A stretch of DNA of 61,366 nucleotides, filler included, from 8 parts of 8 records of this genome joined end to end with filler, not necessarily neighbours in it; one strand, 5' to 3'; counted from the first letter of the whole stretch, positions 1 to 10,183 are shown. Numbers and translations are program-made. Notes: generated from the sequence alone by a model not told the origin.

Positions 1-21
1 ATACTGCACCACCGTGGAGCA

Positions 22-51
22 ATTATAACATAGAACACTATCTTGTGTAAA
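22..51 (-). promoter_or_regulatory. sigma-A promoter firing toward the left contig end
   Basis: Minus strand reads TTTACA-18nt-TATAAT with an extended TGn; the transcript continues ...GGTGGTGCAGTAT to the contig edge. Confidence 0.55.
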
Positions 52-157
52 GAAAGTGTAACATTTTATACATATATATATTTTTATCATCAAATAAGTC
101 TATTTAATGCTATAATATTTTTATTGAAAATTTTTGTGTAAGGTTTAGGGAGAAAAG

Positions 158-1342
158 ATGACAAACATTTTAAGCGAGCAGGTCATAGGCGTATTGCTTA
201 TGATATTTCAGGTTGCAGTAATTTTTATACTGCCGCAATTTTTCGTAATTCTATCAAAAAAATTTAAATTTTTTAGTTATTTAAGCCCGATTATATTGTG
301 TTATTTAGCAGGTATTATTTTAGTAAATATCCCATTTTTAAAATGGGATGCAGATTTTTCTACAACTATTTATGAAGTTAGTGTGCCAATAGCAATAGCT
401 TTAGTATTATTTTCAGTCGATATTGTTAAGTGGGTACATTTAGCAAAAGATACTACTAAATCTTTTATTTTAGTCATTGTTTCAGCCTTGATATCTTCAT
501 TAATAATGGGATTAATATTCGCAGACAAATTACCGGAAGGCTGGAAAATTTCCGGAATGTTAACAGGCTGTTATACAGGCGGTACGCCTAACCTGAATGC
601 TATTGGTCAAAGCCTTAAAATGACTTCTGAAAATATTGCTTTAGTAAATATGTGTGATATGCTATGCGGTGGAATCTATTTCTTACTGCTTGGCAGCGTA
701 TTAGTTAAGCTTTATCGCAAAATATTGCCAAAATTCGATATTTCGAAGGTTAAGAAAACCAACGAGCGTTCTATCCCTGCTTTAGAACCAATTTTTAAAG
801 ATGGTTTAAAAAAAGGATGGCTGAACATAGCCTTTGCAGTAGCAATAGCGGTTCTTGCAACAGGTGCAGCTGTCGGCATAGCAATGCTTTTAACCGGTGA
901 AATGGATATGCTTGTACTTATCCTGTCTGTAACGACCATTTCTATAGGCTTATCCTTTTGGAAAAAACTTAGAAACACAAAAGGTACAGCAGCCATGGGA
1001 CAATATGCAGTATATATCTTTTCCATTGCAATAGGCGGTACAGTTGATATTAAATTGTTTTTTCAATCCTCCCCTATTTTCTTAGCATTTACAGCATGTG
1101 TAATGCTTGGAGCACTTATAATTCACTTGATTCTCTGCATTATTTTCAAGGTGGATTCCGATACAGCATTAATCACTTCAACTGCCGGTGTGTACGGACC
1201 AGCATTCATAGCTCCAGTAGCAGAAGCTATGAAAAACCGATATGTCATTTTAAGCGGATTGATAACCGGTATATTCGGTTATGCTGTTGGCACTTATTTA
1301 GGTGTAGGTATTGGCTATCTGATAAAGATGTTGTTTTACTAA
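158..1342 (+). CDS. DUF819-family multi-pass membrane protein
   Basis: 394 aa with about 11 hydrophobic segments; GCYTGGTPNL and GVYGPAFI motifs typical of DUF819. Confidence 0.8.
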   Translation: MTNILSEQVIGVLLMIFQVAVIFILPQFFVILSKKFKFFSYLSPIILCYLAGIILVNIPFLKWDADFSTTIYEVSVPIAIALVLFSVDIVKWVHLAKDTTKSFILVIVSALISSLIMGLIFADKLPEGWKISGMLTGCYTGGTPNLNAIGQSLKMTSENIALVNMCDMLCGGIYFLLLGSVLVKLYRKILPKFDISKVKKTNERSIPALEPIFKDGLKKGWLNIAFAVAIAVLATGAAVGIAMLLTGEMDMLVLILSVTTISIGLSFWKKLRNTKGTAAMGQYAVYIFSIAIGGTVDIKLFFQSSPIFLAFTACVMLGALIIHLILCIIFKVDSDTALITSTAGVYGPAFIAPVAEAMKNRYVILSGLITGIFGYAVGTYLGVGIGYLIKMLFY

Positions 1343-1405
1343 TATCTACCGCAGGTAGATATTAAAACTATTGTTTATGAAATATAGCTTTCTATGACAC
1401 ATTAT

Positions 1406-1840
1406 TCACTTTAACATAAAGCAGAAGTGGGTTTCAGTTTCATTAATAACTTTAAAACCTAGTCTGTTATATAAGTTTATTGCTGATATATTTTCCTTAA
1501 AACAACCTAATGTAATAGTTTTGCTTTTCTCTTTTCCATAAGCGATAATGCTGTTTATAATATTGCTGCCAATTCCCAAACCTTGATATTCAGGAATTAT
1601 ATGAATTTCCGTTATATTAATCGCTTTATCGTTTTCCAGTGTTTCAATAAAGCCTGCACAGATTTCGTTTACAATAACTTTTTTAAAGTTACTAGGAATA
1701 AATGAAGTTTCAAAATCTCTAATTTGATACTCCTCATCCCATCCCCAAATTTTCTTTACAAAAGGAATTATAGAATTCTTTTTTATAGAGTAAATTAAAA
1801 GTTTGTCATCACCACTTACATTTTGCAAAATATATTTCAT
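1406..1840 (-). CDS. GNAT N-acetyltransferase
   Basis: IIPEYQGLGIGS acetyl-CoA motif and N..AINLYNRLGF. Confidence 0.9.
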   Translation of the reverse strand: MKYILQNVSGDDKLLIYSIKKNSIIPFVKKIWGWDEEYQIRDFETSFIPSNFKKVIVNEICAGFIETLENDKAINITEIHIIPEYQGLGIGSNIINSIIAYGKEKSKTITLGCFKENISAINLYNRLGFKVINETETHFCFMLK

Positions 1841-1879
1841 ACGTATCCACCTATTTAAAAAGTAACCATACAGCCGGAA

Positions 1880-2665
1880 CTAATATATCCCCGTCCCGCA
1901 AAATTCTATTGCTGTAATGCAGGTGTCTTCATATACATCACCTTCATAAACATCTAAAATAACAAACTTTATTCCTACCTGTTCAGACACCGACAAATCA
2001 ATATCGGAAATATCAAACTGCTGTATCCTTTTATCCTTTGATAAATTTAAAACACACCAGTTCTCTTCATCAACTAAAACCAATATTTCCTTCGGCATTG
2101 AATTATCCTCAAACACATCATCACTTTTTATATAGCCGTTTATTATCTCCAGTTTTGTTATTACAGCATCTGGTGCGTAATCCTGTGCCTTAATATAATA
2201 CAAAGCCCACTCTCCAATACCATAATCTGATGCCCCTTCGCACCACGCAGTATCTAAATCAAAATCATATAGATTACCAGCTTCATAAGTGTTGCCTTCC
2301 TGCGATGTTAAAAAGGTTGAACTGGTTGCATATTCCAAATCTACGGCATCCTGAAATCCATCTCCTGCCTTGTAATAATCATCCAGCATATAATGAGAAA
2401 TTTCAACAAACACTGGATCTATTCGCGGTACATCGGATAAGCCGTCTTCAATTTCAGTTGTTGGCGTAACTTGTGCAATTGCAGGCGTATCTGTCGTCTC
2501 TGATATCGGTGTCGCAGTAACCTCGCTAGTAGATTCAGGTACAGCTGTAGCAGGATCCGGCGTAAAAGTCGGCAGCAGTGTCGGCGTGTATTGAGGTACT
2601 ATAATCTCACAGCTGCTAATTAACAAAATTATTACTAAAGCAAAAACAATAACAAATTTCTTCAA
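1880..2665 (-). CDS. lipoprotein with Pro/Thr linker and discoidin-like/glycan-binding C-terminal domain
   Basis: Start placed at TTG after an AGGAG RBS; LISSC lipobox; TP-rich linker; DFDLDTAWCEG...GIGEW...NGY...DTCITAIEF. Confidence 0.65.
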   Translation of the reverse strand: MKKFVIVFALVIILLISSCEIIVPQYTPTLLPTFTPDPATAVPESTSEVTATPISETTDTPAIAQVTPTTEIEDGLSDVPRIDPVFVEISHYMLDDYYKAGDGFQDAVDLEYATSSTFLTSQEGNTYEAGNLYDFDLDTAWCEGASDYGIGEWALYYIKAQDYAPDAVITKLEIINGYIKSDDVFEDNSMPKEILVLVDEENWCVLNLSKDKRIQQFDISDIDLSVSEQVGIKFVILDVYEGDVYEDTCITAIEFCGTGIY

Positions 2666-2724
2666 AACAATTACTCCTCTCAATTTACTTCTCTTACTCT
2701 ACTATATTATATTCTATGCGCTTT

Positions 2725-3579
2725 TTATATATTTACTTTTTTTGAAAGCTTAGTTGCTGTAAAAATCAGCGGTACTAGGTACACTGCACTTATCCCAACA
2801 ATGAAATATCTTACTGTAGCAAATATTAATGTATCGGGGAATAATATCTTTAACCCCTCTTTAAATATCATAACTATGGCAAAACCCAGAATTATTTTTA
2901 TAATTTGTTTCCACCACTTTGCTTTTACATCAAATCGAATAAACTTATTTTCCAAAAAGAAAGCAAGTGGCAAGGCTATTAAAAGTCCCGTCATTTTATA
3001 ATACGTAGCATCTTTAAAGAAAAATAATCCGATAGCTGATAAAACAGCAAGAATAATCAATAAAATCACAGAGTTTTTCTTAAGTGCTTTTTCCATTATA
3101 AAATGTGCTGCTAATACGCCTAGGATACTTAGTACCAATGCCGCCAAAACATCCTGAGGCGTGTGAACGCCTAGATACACTCTAGAAAAGGCAATCGCCG
3201 CCATCATAAAATAGCATATTATAGTTATAAATACTTTTTTAAAAGAACGAGCCGCAGAAAACCACATTGTGCTGCCAACCTGCGTGTGTCCGCTGGGCAT
3301 AGATGAACCGATTGCTGTTTCTTTTCTTATAGGTACTATTCGTTCATCTTTTACCCATGGTCTTTCTACGTTGAAAATCAGTTTTAAAACAGAATTACTA
3401 GCGGAAGCTAATACAATAGATAAAATCATTTTATAGCCGTGTTCTCTGCTAATGCACCAGAATACAATGCACATTATAACAATTAATACCATTTCTTCTG
3501 CAGTAATTGTAATAAGTTCTACAATCTTATTTAGCAGCGGTGTTCTTAGCTCCTGAAGCTTTACCATAAATTCAAGCAT
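2725..3579 (-). CDS. PAP2-family membrane phosphatase
   Basis: K....RP, PSGH and SRVYLGVH..D motifs. Confidence 0.9.
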   Translation of the reverse strand: MLEFMVKLQELRTPLLNKIVELITITAEEMVLIVIMCIVFWCISREHGYKMILSIVLASASNSVLKLIFNVERPWVKDERIVPIRKETAIGSSMPSGHTQVGSTMWFSAARSFKKVFITIICYFMMAAIAFSRVYLGVHTPQDVLAALVLSILGVLAAHFIMEKALKKNSVILLIILAVLSAIGLFFFKDATYYKMTGLLIALPLAFFLENKFIRFDVKAKWWKQIIKIILGFAIVMIFKEGLKILFPDTLIFATVRYFIVGISAVYLVPLIFTATKLSKKVNI

Positions 3580-3715
3580 AATATACCTCTTTTACAAATT
3601 TTACTTATAAATATTATATAATAATTTTTTCTTCCAGTCTAATATAAACAGTAAAAAGCACCTAGCCAACAAACTAGATGCAAATTCACTTTATATTTTA
3701 TTAATTTTTTTATAG

Positions 3716-5002
3716 TTATTCAAATAAGTTTTCCCTGACTATTGCCTGCTCTCTTGCAGCGCCAACCCCCAGCATAACCACAGGAACTTGTATTAGTTCT
3801 TCAATACGCTTAATGTATTTTTGAGCATTAACAGGCAGTTCTTCATATTTTCTTATATGAGATATATCATCTCTCCAGCCTTCAAAAGTTTCATAAACCG
3901 GTTCGTAGCTGTCCAAATCTTCCCATTTCACTGGGAATACATCTGTTACAACGCCGTCTTTTTTATACCCTGTACAAATCTTCACTTCATCAAAGCCGCC
4001 TAGCGTATCCATTCTTGATACAGCTAAATGTGTAAGTCCATTAACCCGAGCAGAATATTTTAAAATAACCGCATCGAGCCATCCGCAGCGTCTAGGCCTG
4101 CCTGTGGTTGCTCCAAATTCATGACCTTTTGTGCGAATAGCTTCACCCATTTCTCCCTTTAATTCCGTTACAAATGGGCCGGCACCCACCCGTGTAGTAT
4201 ATGCTTTAGCAATACCTAAAACTTTGTCAATGCTCTTTGGCCCAATACCTGTGCCGATGCAGACGCCGCCTGATACGGGATGAGACGATGTAACATAAGG
4301 ATATGTACCCATGTTTAAATCCAATAAAGTGCCTTGTGCACCTTCAAATAATACATTTTCATTATTTTGGATTTCAGTATGCACTAGATTTGAAGCATCA
4401 ATAATATATTTTTTTATTATATTTGCATGCTCTTTATAGTCAGAGACCACTTTCTTAGCATCAAATGGCTCTTTGCCATAGAATTTTTCAAGCAGTCTGT
4501 TCTTCTTTTTACAGACTGATGTTATTTTCTTTTCAAGAATACTATCATCCAATAGATCACATATGCGGATACCTATACGCTCAGCTTTATCCATATATGC
4601 CGGTCCTATTCCTTTGTGAGTAGTTCCTATTGCATCATCGCCAAGTTCTTCTTCAAAAATTTTATCAAAAGCAATATGCCACGGCATTATAACCTGTGCC
4701 CTTGCACTGATTTTCAATCCTGAATAATCAATTCCGGCGTCACTAAGCATTTCCATCTCTTTTATTAGTGCTTCGGGGTTAATAACTACGCCGCTGCCTA
4801 TAATATTCATTTTACCTTTATAGAAAATACCTGAAGGAATTAAGTGAAGTTTATATGTTTTTCCTCCGGTTTCAACGGTGTGCCCTGCGTTATCGCCGCC
4901 CTGATAGCGTACTACTAGCTTTGCTTTCTCTGCCAGAAAGTCTACAAAGCGCCCTTTCCCTTCGTCGCCCCACTGAGTTCCAATTAATACTATTGATGAC
5001 AT
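3716..5002 (-). CDS. purA: adenylosuccinate synthetase
   Basis: QWGDEGKG, GGDNAGHT, EGAQG and TTGRPRRCGW motifs. Confidence 0.98.
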   Translation of the reverse strand: MSSIVLIGTQWGDEGKGRFVDFLAEKAKLVVRYQGGDNAGHTVETGGKTYKLHLIPSGIFYKGKMNIIGSGVVINPEALIKEMEMLSDAGIDYSGLKISARAQVIMPWHIAFDKIFEEELGDDAIGTTHKGIGPAYMDKAERIGIRICDLLDDSILEKKITSVCKKKNRLLEKFYGKEPFDAKKVVSDYKEHANIIKKYIIDASNLVHTEIQNNENVLFEGAQGTLLDLNMGTYPYVTSSHPVSGGVCIGTGIGPKSIDKVLGIAKAYTTRVGAGPFVTELKGEMGEAIRTKGHEFGATTGRPRRCGWLDAVILKYSARVNGLTHLAVSRMDTLGGFDEVKICTGYKKDGVVTDVFPVKWEDLDSYEPVYETFEGWRDDISHIRKYEELPVNAQKYIKRIEELIQVPVVMLGVGAAREQAIVRENLFE

Positions 5003-5058
5003 TATTATTCCTTCCGGCGCATAAAATGCACAGCTTCTATGAAAAAAATTCCCTCATC

Positions 5059-5087
5059 ATTTTAATAAAAAAGATTTTCAGTGTCAA
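5059..5087 (-). promoter_or_regulatory. sigma-A promoter of purA
   Basis: TTGACA-17nt-TAAAAT on the minus strand. Confidence 0.8.
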
Positions 5088-5100
5088 GGAATAAATGCGA

Positions 5101-5144
5101 AAAAGTCGAATATTTTTATTAATTTTCATAAAAATGTTCGATTA
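5101..5144. promoter_or_regulatory. paired inverted PurBoxes (Firmicute PurR operator)
   Basis: CGAAT...GTTCG with GAA(C/T)-N24-GTTC spacing, directly upstream of the purA -35. Confidence 0.75.
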
Positions 5145-5156
5145 ACGCTCGTGGTT

Positions 5157-5185
5157 AACACTTTTTTTACTTAAATCATATTATA
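5157..5185 (+). promoter_or_regulatory. sigma-K-like sporulation promoter
   Basis: AACA-16nt-CATATTATA matches MACM-N16-CATAnnnTA. Confidence 0.55.
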
Positions 5186-5253
5186 TTGTAAGTAATTGTG
5201 TATATGAATCATTGATTAGGTATATACGACTAAATAAAAGGAGGTTGTGGCAT

Positions 5254-5433
5254 ATGGGTAGAGGCTCATATAATTGTAACGATGGCAGCAGTTTGCTATT
5301 TTTCTTTTTGTTGCTTGTTGTAATATTCTGCAACTGCGATTATTTCAACGAAGACTCCGACAGCTTACTGTTCTTCTTCTTATTATTGGTTGTGCTATTT
5401 TGTGGCTACTGCAACAACGATCCTTGTTGCTGA
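5254..5433 (+). CDS. 59-aa Cys-rich small membrane protein with tandem SLLFFFLLLVV(I/L)FC repeat
   Basis: AAGGAGG RBS before ATG 5254; internal duplication with synonymous divergence; followed by a terminator. Confidence 0.75.
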   Translation: MGRGSYNCNDGSSLLFFFLLLVVIFCNCDYFNEDSDSLLFFFLLLVVLFCGYCNNDPCC

Positions 5434-5456
5434 CACCTTAATAGATAGTACTATCG

Positions 5457-5487
5457 AAAAAGGGCTATAGAATTCAATAGCCCTTTT
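5457..5487 (+). terminator. intrinsic (bidirectional) terminator
   Basis: AAAAGGGCTAT-loop-ATAGCCCTTTT. Confidence 0.8.
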
Positions 5488-5590
5488 AAACATAAATAAA
5501 TTTATCTAACCAGAATATATCTACCAGAAAGCAGATGTCTAAATAACAGTTTTTTTATGACACATTATGGGAAGAACGACTAAAGAAAGA

Positions 5591-5690
5591 NNNNNNNNNN
5601 NNNNNNNNNNNNNNNNNNNNNNNNNNNNNNNNNNTTAATTAATTAANNNNNNNNNNNNNNNNNNNNNNNNNNNNNNNNNNNNNNNNNNNN
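5591..5690. other. artificial contig linker
   Basis: N-run + TTAATTAATTAA (stops in all frames) + N-run. Confidence 0.99.
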
Positions 5691-7838
5691 GATGATGATG
5701 TTTGTTATGGTTACCCGATTGAAATTCGAAATGAATCATCACCGGGTTCGGTTCAGTTCGACTGGGATCTTGGCAACGGTGTAAACCGTAACGATGCCAC
5801 TGGTTTTACATACACCTGGCTCAATGAAACTGAAGGAAGAACCTACGATTTAAGTTTAACCGCAAGAAATTCACATGGATGTTCGCATACAAAAATACAA
5901 CCTATACAAATATTCCCACAGGTACGGGCAAGAATTGCTTTATCAGATTCATCGAATTGCCATCCATTGAATGCGAAATTCTTTAATATCTCTGAAAACG
6001 TTGACTCAAATGATAAATTCTACTGGGACTTTGGAAACAATAGTGGTACATCAAATTCTTTTGAACCGTACGATCGTGAATTTGTGAATGAAGGCCTTGC
6101 AGATAAAAACTATGATATTATTCTTCGTGCCGAAGAAAGAGACAATGGTTGTTTTGGGTACGATACCCTTCCGATTACCGTTCATGCAATTCCACAATCG
6201 TCTTTTGAATTGGTTAGTGGCAAAACAAAAGGTTGCCCGAACTTCCCTGTTGATATTCAAAACACAACCAATCCTGTGCAAGATTATGCAAATACCTACA
6301 TATACTTGTTCGACGATAATTCATCGCCCTACGTAACACTTAATAAAAATAATGTTACGCATGAATATGACAATGTAACTTCTGTCAATCAAAATTTTGA
6401 TTTAACATTGGTCACAACTTCATCAATGGGTTGTAGAGATTCGGCTTTTAAAACTTTAACTGTGCACCCAAGGGTAACAGCTAATTTTGAATCGATGGGA
6501 CCAACAGAAGCTTGCAGCCCATATATTCTTGAATTTGAAGACAGGAGTATTAACGAACATGTTTATGAGTGGAGCTTTGGAGACGGAAGCATTTCTTCTG
6601 ATGAATTCCCTTCAAACCGGTATGTAAACGAAAGCGATTCTATTCGAACATTCAATGTGTTGCTAAGAGCTGTTTCTGATTATCAATGCTGGGATACTGC
6701 CTCAACAGTGGTTACAATATACCCAAGCCCAACAGCAATGTTTTATGCAACGCCACATACCCAGTTTTATCCAAGTTCAACGGTAGAAATTGAGAACAAA
6801 ACAAAACTTGCCGATATATGGAATTATGATTGGGATTTTGACGACAATACAACGCACCAAACAAGTTATAATCCGGTTCCACATAATTACGGATATTGGG
6901 GTGACTACAATATAAAAATGAAGGTGTGGAATGACTACTGTATGGACTCGTTGGCACGAACAATAACCGTTTACCCAGCCTTGCCAATTGCCCGGTTCGA
7001 TTCATCGGTTCAGGGTTGTGTTCCATTAACAGTAACATTTGAAGACAATTCTATATACGGAAAAAAACACACATGGGATTTTGATGATGGAGAAACAATA
7101 ACCTCCGGCCCCGGAAATGATGAAGAAGCTCAACTTAACATTTGGGGAGAAGAGGTGAGCCATACTTTTACAAAACCCGGTTTATACAATGTAGTGTTAA
7201 CTGTTGAAGGCGATGGAGGAATCGATCAAACAAATAATATTGTGGAGGTTTATCCAAAACCAGATGTTAGTTTCGAAATAGCCCCAACAACAGTCATGCT
7301 CCCGGATGAAAAGATTCAGACGTTTAACAGCACCGTCGCAAAACCCGATTTTCAATGGTTATGGAATTTTGGTGATGGGGAAATGTCAACTAGCAAAGAA
7401 CCGGATCACCTGTATACAGAGCTTGGAAAATATGATATTTCATTAACTGTATGGACAGAAAACATGTGTGTCGATTCTCTTGTGCTGGAACAAATTGTTT
7501 CCGTTGAGGGTACTGGTATAATGGAGTTCCCGAATGCATTTGTCCCTTCTCTAAACGGACCAAGCGGAGGAAGTTATTCTATAAATCAGCCTACAACCAG
7601 TGTTTTCCATCCATACCACGACGGTGTTGTGGATTACAAGCTGGAAATCTATACTCGCTGGGGCGAACTCATCTATGTGAGCGAGGATGTTCAAATTGGT
7701 TGGGATGGATATATTAATGGATCGCTAGCTAAACAAGATGTATATGTTTGGCGGGTGAAAGGTACTTATACCAATGGTAATCCATTTGTAAAAGTTGGTG
7801 ATGTAACCCTGGTGGTATCTCCAAATCAATATGAGTAA
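5691..7838 (+). CDS. multi-PKD-domain surface protein with T9SS type-B (gliding-motility-associated) C-terminal domain, 5'-partial
   Basis: Frame open from the contig start; repeated WDFGDG/Y.V.L.V PKD motifs; C-terminal FPNAF.P...IYTRWGE...GWDG...VYVW...GDVTLV. Confidence 0.9.
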   Translation, partial: DDDVCYGYPIEIRNESSPGSVQFDWDLGNGVNRNDATGFTYTWLNETEGRTYDLSLTARNSHGCSHTKIQPIQIFPQVRARIALSDSSNCHPLNAKFFNISENVDSNDKFYWDFGNNSGTSNSFEPYDREFVNEGLADKNYDIILRAEERDNGCFGYDTLPITVHAIPQSSFELVSGKTKGCPNFPVDIQNTTNPVQDYANTYIYLFDDNSSPYVTLNKNNVTHEYDNVTSVNQNFDLTLVTTSSMGCRDSAFKTLTVHPRVTANFESMGPTEACSPYILEFEDRSINEHVYEWSFGDGSISSDEFPSNRYVNESDSIRTFNVLLRAVSDYQCWDTASTVVTIYPSPTAMFYATPHTQFYPSSTVEIENKTKLADIWNYDWDFDDNTTHQTSYNPVPHNYGYWGDYNIKMKVWNDYCMDSLARTITVYPALPIARFDSSVQGCVPLTVTFEDNSIYGKKHTWDFDDGETITSGPGNDEEAQLNIWGEEVSHTFTKPGLYNVVLTVEGDGGIDQTNNIVEVYPKPDVSFEIAPTTVMLPDEKIQTFNSTVAKPDFQWLWNFGDGEMSTSKEPDHLYTELGKYDISLTVWTENMCVDSLVLEQIVSVEGTGIMEFPNAFVPSLNGPSGGSYSINQPTTSVFHPYHDGVVDYKLEIYTRWGELIYVSEDVQIGWDGYINGSLAKQDVYVWRVKGTYTNGNPFVKVGDVTLVVSPNQYE

Positions 7839-7928
7839 CCAGATGTTAATTATTGTTAAAGATTGTTAATTAATTGGTTTTCAAGATTAAATTAAAATAA
7901 CTTGCTTTAAGTCTTAACACAGCCCATA

Positions 7929-8423
7929 ATGAATTACAAAATCTTATCATTATTCTTGATACTGATTAACACCTACTCATTACTTTTAGGTAATCCAACA
8001 GGAAGTAGCGATTGGTGGAGATTTTTAAATAAAAAATACCACTTTAATATTGAAAAGAACTTTGATATCTATAGTGATTCTGCGAATGGATATTCAATTA
8101 CCTACATGGATATAAAATTTGACAGTTACACAATTTCTCCCAATAACCGTAGTATTGAAAAAAACAAACTACATATCTCAAATGACTTTGTTATAAAATA
8201 CGAAAAGAAAGAAATCGTTGGAGATAAATCGATCTACACCAATGCTTTACTAATAAACAAAGGAGATGATGGGTATGATGCATGTAAAGCAAGCCACATA
8301 ACCGTAAACACAAAAACTAAAGAAATAACAGCAAAATCTTGTACTTTTTCCCGTTTATTTGACGATATATCCAATAAACTCAATCTGTCGGATAAAAAAG
8401 ATAAATATTCCCAATTAAATTAA
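7929..8423 (+). CDS. hypothetical secreted protein
   Basis: 164-aa ORF with an N-terminal signal-like segment. Confidence 0.6.
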   Translation: MNYKILSLFLILINTYSLLLGNPTGSSDWWRFLNKKYHFNIEKNFDIYSDSANGYSITYMDIKFDSYTISPNNRSIEKNKLHISNDFVIKYEKKEIVGDKSIYTNALLINKGDDGYDACKASHITVNTKTKEITAKSCTFSRLFDDISNKLNLSDKKDKYSQLN

Positions 8424-8470
8424 AGCTTGTTAAAATTTCTAAATAATTTTTCTGATTATCAGGATATTTA

Positions 8471-8478
8471 TATTTTTG
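8471..8478 (+). promoter_or_regulatory. Bacteroidota -7 promoter element
   Basis: TATTTTTG = TAnnTTTG, upstream of THX. Confidence 0.6.
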
Positions 8479-8539
8479 CACCCCGTTACAATAACCATTT
8501 AGAAATTAGATATACATTAATAATATAAAATACTTTAAC

Positions 8540-8659
8540 ATGGGTAAAGGAGATAGAAAAACAAAAAAAGGAAAACTTTTCAAAAAAAGTTATGGTGTTT
8601 CAAGACCAAGAAAAGCTAAAAACGCTTACACACCAGAAGCAGAAAAAACTGAAGAGTAA
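8540..8659 (+). CDS. thx: 30S ribosomal protein THX (bTHX), absent from the ORF track
   Basis: MGKGDRKTKKGKLFKKSYGVSRPRKAK..., 39 aa. Confidence 0.92.
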   Translation: MGKGDRKTKKGKLFKKSYGVSRPRKAKNAYTPEAEKTEE

Positions 8660-8665
8660 AATATA

Positions 8666-8691
8666 AAAAGGTTCCTAAATTGGAACCTTTT
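8666..8691. terminator. bidirectional terminator between THX and nitroreductase
   Basis: AAAAGGTTCC-loop-GGAACCTTTT. Confidence 0.85.
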
Positions 8692-8696
8692 GTTTT

Positions 8697-9266
8697 TTAA
8701 TCAATTATCAAATCCATTAATTTTCTTTTAGGCACATGATGAATCTTATCTTCATCTCGCCAATATTTTATATCATTATCTTCCTGAACATCTTCAACAA
8801 CTACTGTTTCTTTTGGCTTCCCCAAAGCAATAACATATAATATTTCGTATTTCTCTTCGATGTTAAGATTTTCTCTAAGCTGTCTTTTGTTTATTGAACC
8901 AAAAATGCACCCTCCATATCCTTTTTCAACAGCGCCCAAAAGAATACTTTGCATTGCAATTCCATCGTCGCAGAAAAAATTGGCAGATAAGGAACTATCG
9001 TTTAAAACAACCAAGTATGCAGATGGTCTTTCTCCTTCCTCCGGTCCATCCCAATCTTTCAAGTAACCCGCCCAAGCCAGGCAGGGAAATATTTTATTAT
9101 TCTTTTCTTTTTCATTAGAAATAATATACCGTAACGATTGCATGTTTTTTGCTGATGGAGACAATCTTGCTAAGTCAATTAGTGAGAGTAATAGTTCTTT
9201 AGATAAAACTTCTGTTTCATGGAACCTCCTGTAGCTTCTGTTCTTTAGTACTAAATCGTGTAACAT
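8697..9266 (-). CDS. nitroreductase family protein
   Basis: NRSYRRF, ARLSPSAKNMQ, GYGGC and ALGKP motifs. Confidence 0.92.
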   Translation of the reverse strand: MLHDLVLKNRSYRRFHETEVLSKELLLSLIDLARLSPSAKNMQSLRYIISNEKEKNNKIFPCLAWAGYLKDWDGPEEGERPSAYLVVLNDSSLSANFFCDDGIAMQSILLGAVEKGYGGCIFGSINKRQLRENLNIEEKYEILYVIALGKPKETVVVEDVQEDNDIKYWRDEDKIHHVPKRKLMDLIID

Positions 9267-9340
9267 AATTCTTTTTTGAAATAAATTTAGGCAATTTAAT
9301 TAGTAAACTTACTTGCTCTTAAAAACGAAAAATAATACTT

Positions 9341-10183
9341 ATGAGAAAAACAGTAATGTTCATTATATCGATTCTTAGTTTAATTCAACCAGCTTTCTCT
9401 CAAAATGCTGAAGAATTAATAAATAATATGTTAGAAGAAGAGTCGAAAATAAACACTTTAAAAATGACCATGGTCATGAATGAACGTGTTGGTGGTAAAA
9501 TGAAAGAGAAAAAAGGTGATTTTAAAATATCATATTCTCCTTTTAAACTTTATATGAAACAGCAATACCCGGAAGAAGGAATGGAAGTTCTTTTTGTGGA
9601 AAACAAAAACAACAATAAAGCATGGGTTAATACAAATGGAATTCCATGGGTTACCCTATCAATTAATCCTGATAGTAAAACCATGCGTAGAGGGTATCAT
9701 CACCCAATCTATAATTCCGGGTACCGGTATTTCTCAAATATTGTCAAATATCTTATTAACAAAAATCCAGGTTCGGTAAATAATGTAATTTCATACAACG
9801 GTAAAAAGACAATAAAAGGTTATCAGTGCCATCAGGTAATTTATACAAGTCCGAATTTTCGATATTTTGAATATGAGGTTAAAAAAGAAATATCACTTAC
9901 TCAACTTGCAGAAAAATTTCATGTTAACGATTATATGTTAATCGATAAAAATCCTGGCGTGGTAGATTTCGATGAAGTCAAGACTGGAAGAAAAATAAAA
10001 ATACCAAGCGATTATGGGAAAAAAGTAATCATAAACCTTGATGCTAAGAACCATTTACCCAGAAGCATGCATGTTTATGATGAAAAAGGACTTTACCAGG
10101 AATATTATTATACGAATGTAATTGTCAATCCTTATTTTTCAACAAAAGATTTTGATTCGAATAACGATAAATATAACTTTTAG
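9341..10183 (+). CDS. DUF1571-like secreted protein with LysM-like insert
   Basis: Signal peptide; PFKLY....P..G.EVL and HHPI..SG motifs; LysM-like Y.VKK..SL..LA.KF...N...G.KIKIP. Confidence 0.7.
   Translation: MRKTVMFIISILSLIQPAFSQNAEELINNMLEEESKINTLKMTMVMNERVGGKMKEKKGDFKISYSPFKLYMKQQYPEEGMEVLFVENKNNNKAWVNTNGIPWVTLSINPDSKTMRRGYHHPIYNSGYRYFSNIVKYLINKNPGSVNNVISYNGKKTIKGYQCHQVIYTSPNFRYFEYEVKKEISLTQLAEKFHVNDYMLIDKNPGVVDFDEVKTGRKIKIPSDYGKKVIINLDAKNHLPRSMHVYDEKGLYQEYYYTNVIVNPYFSTKDFDSNNDKYNF

Noticed and set aside
5635-5646. Recurrent TTAATTAATTAA as a biological repeat or CRISPR-like element
   Set aside because: Always embedded in N-runs of fixed length; it is an all-frame-stop linker
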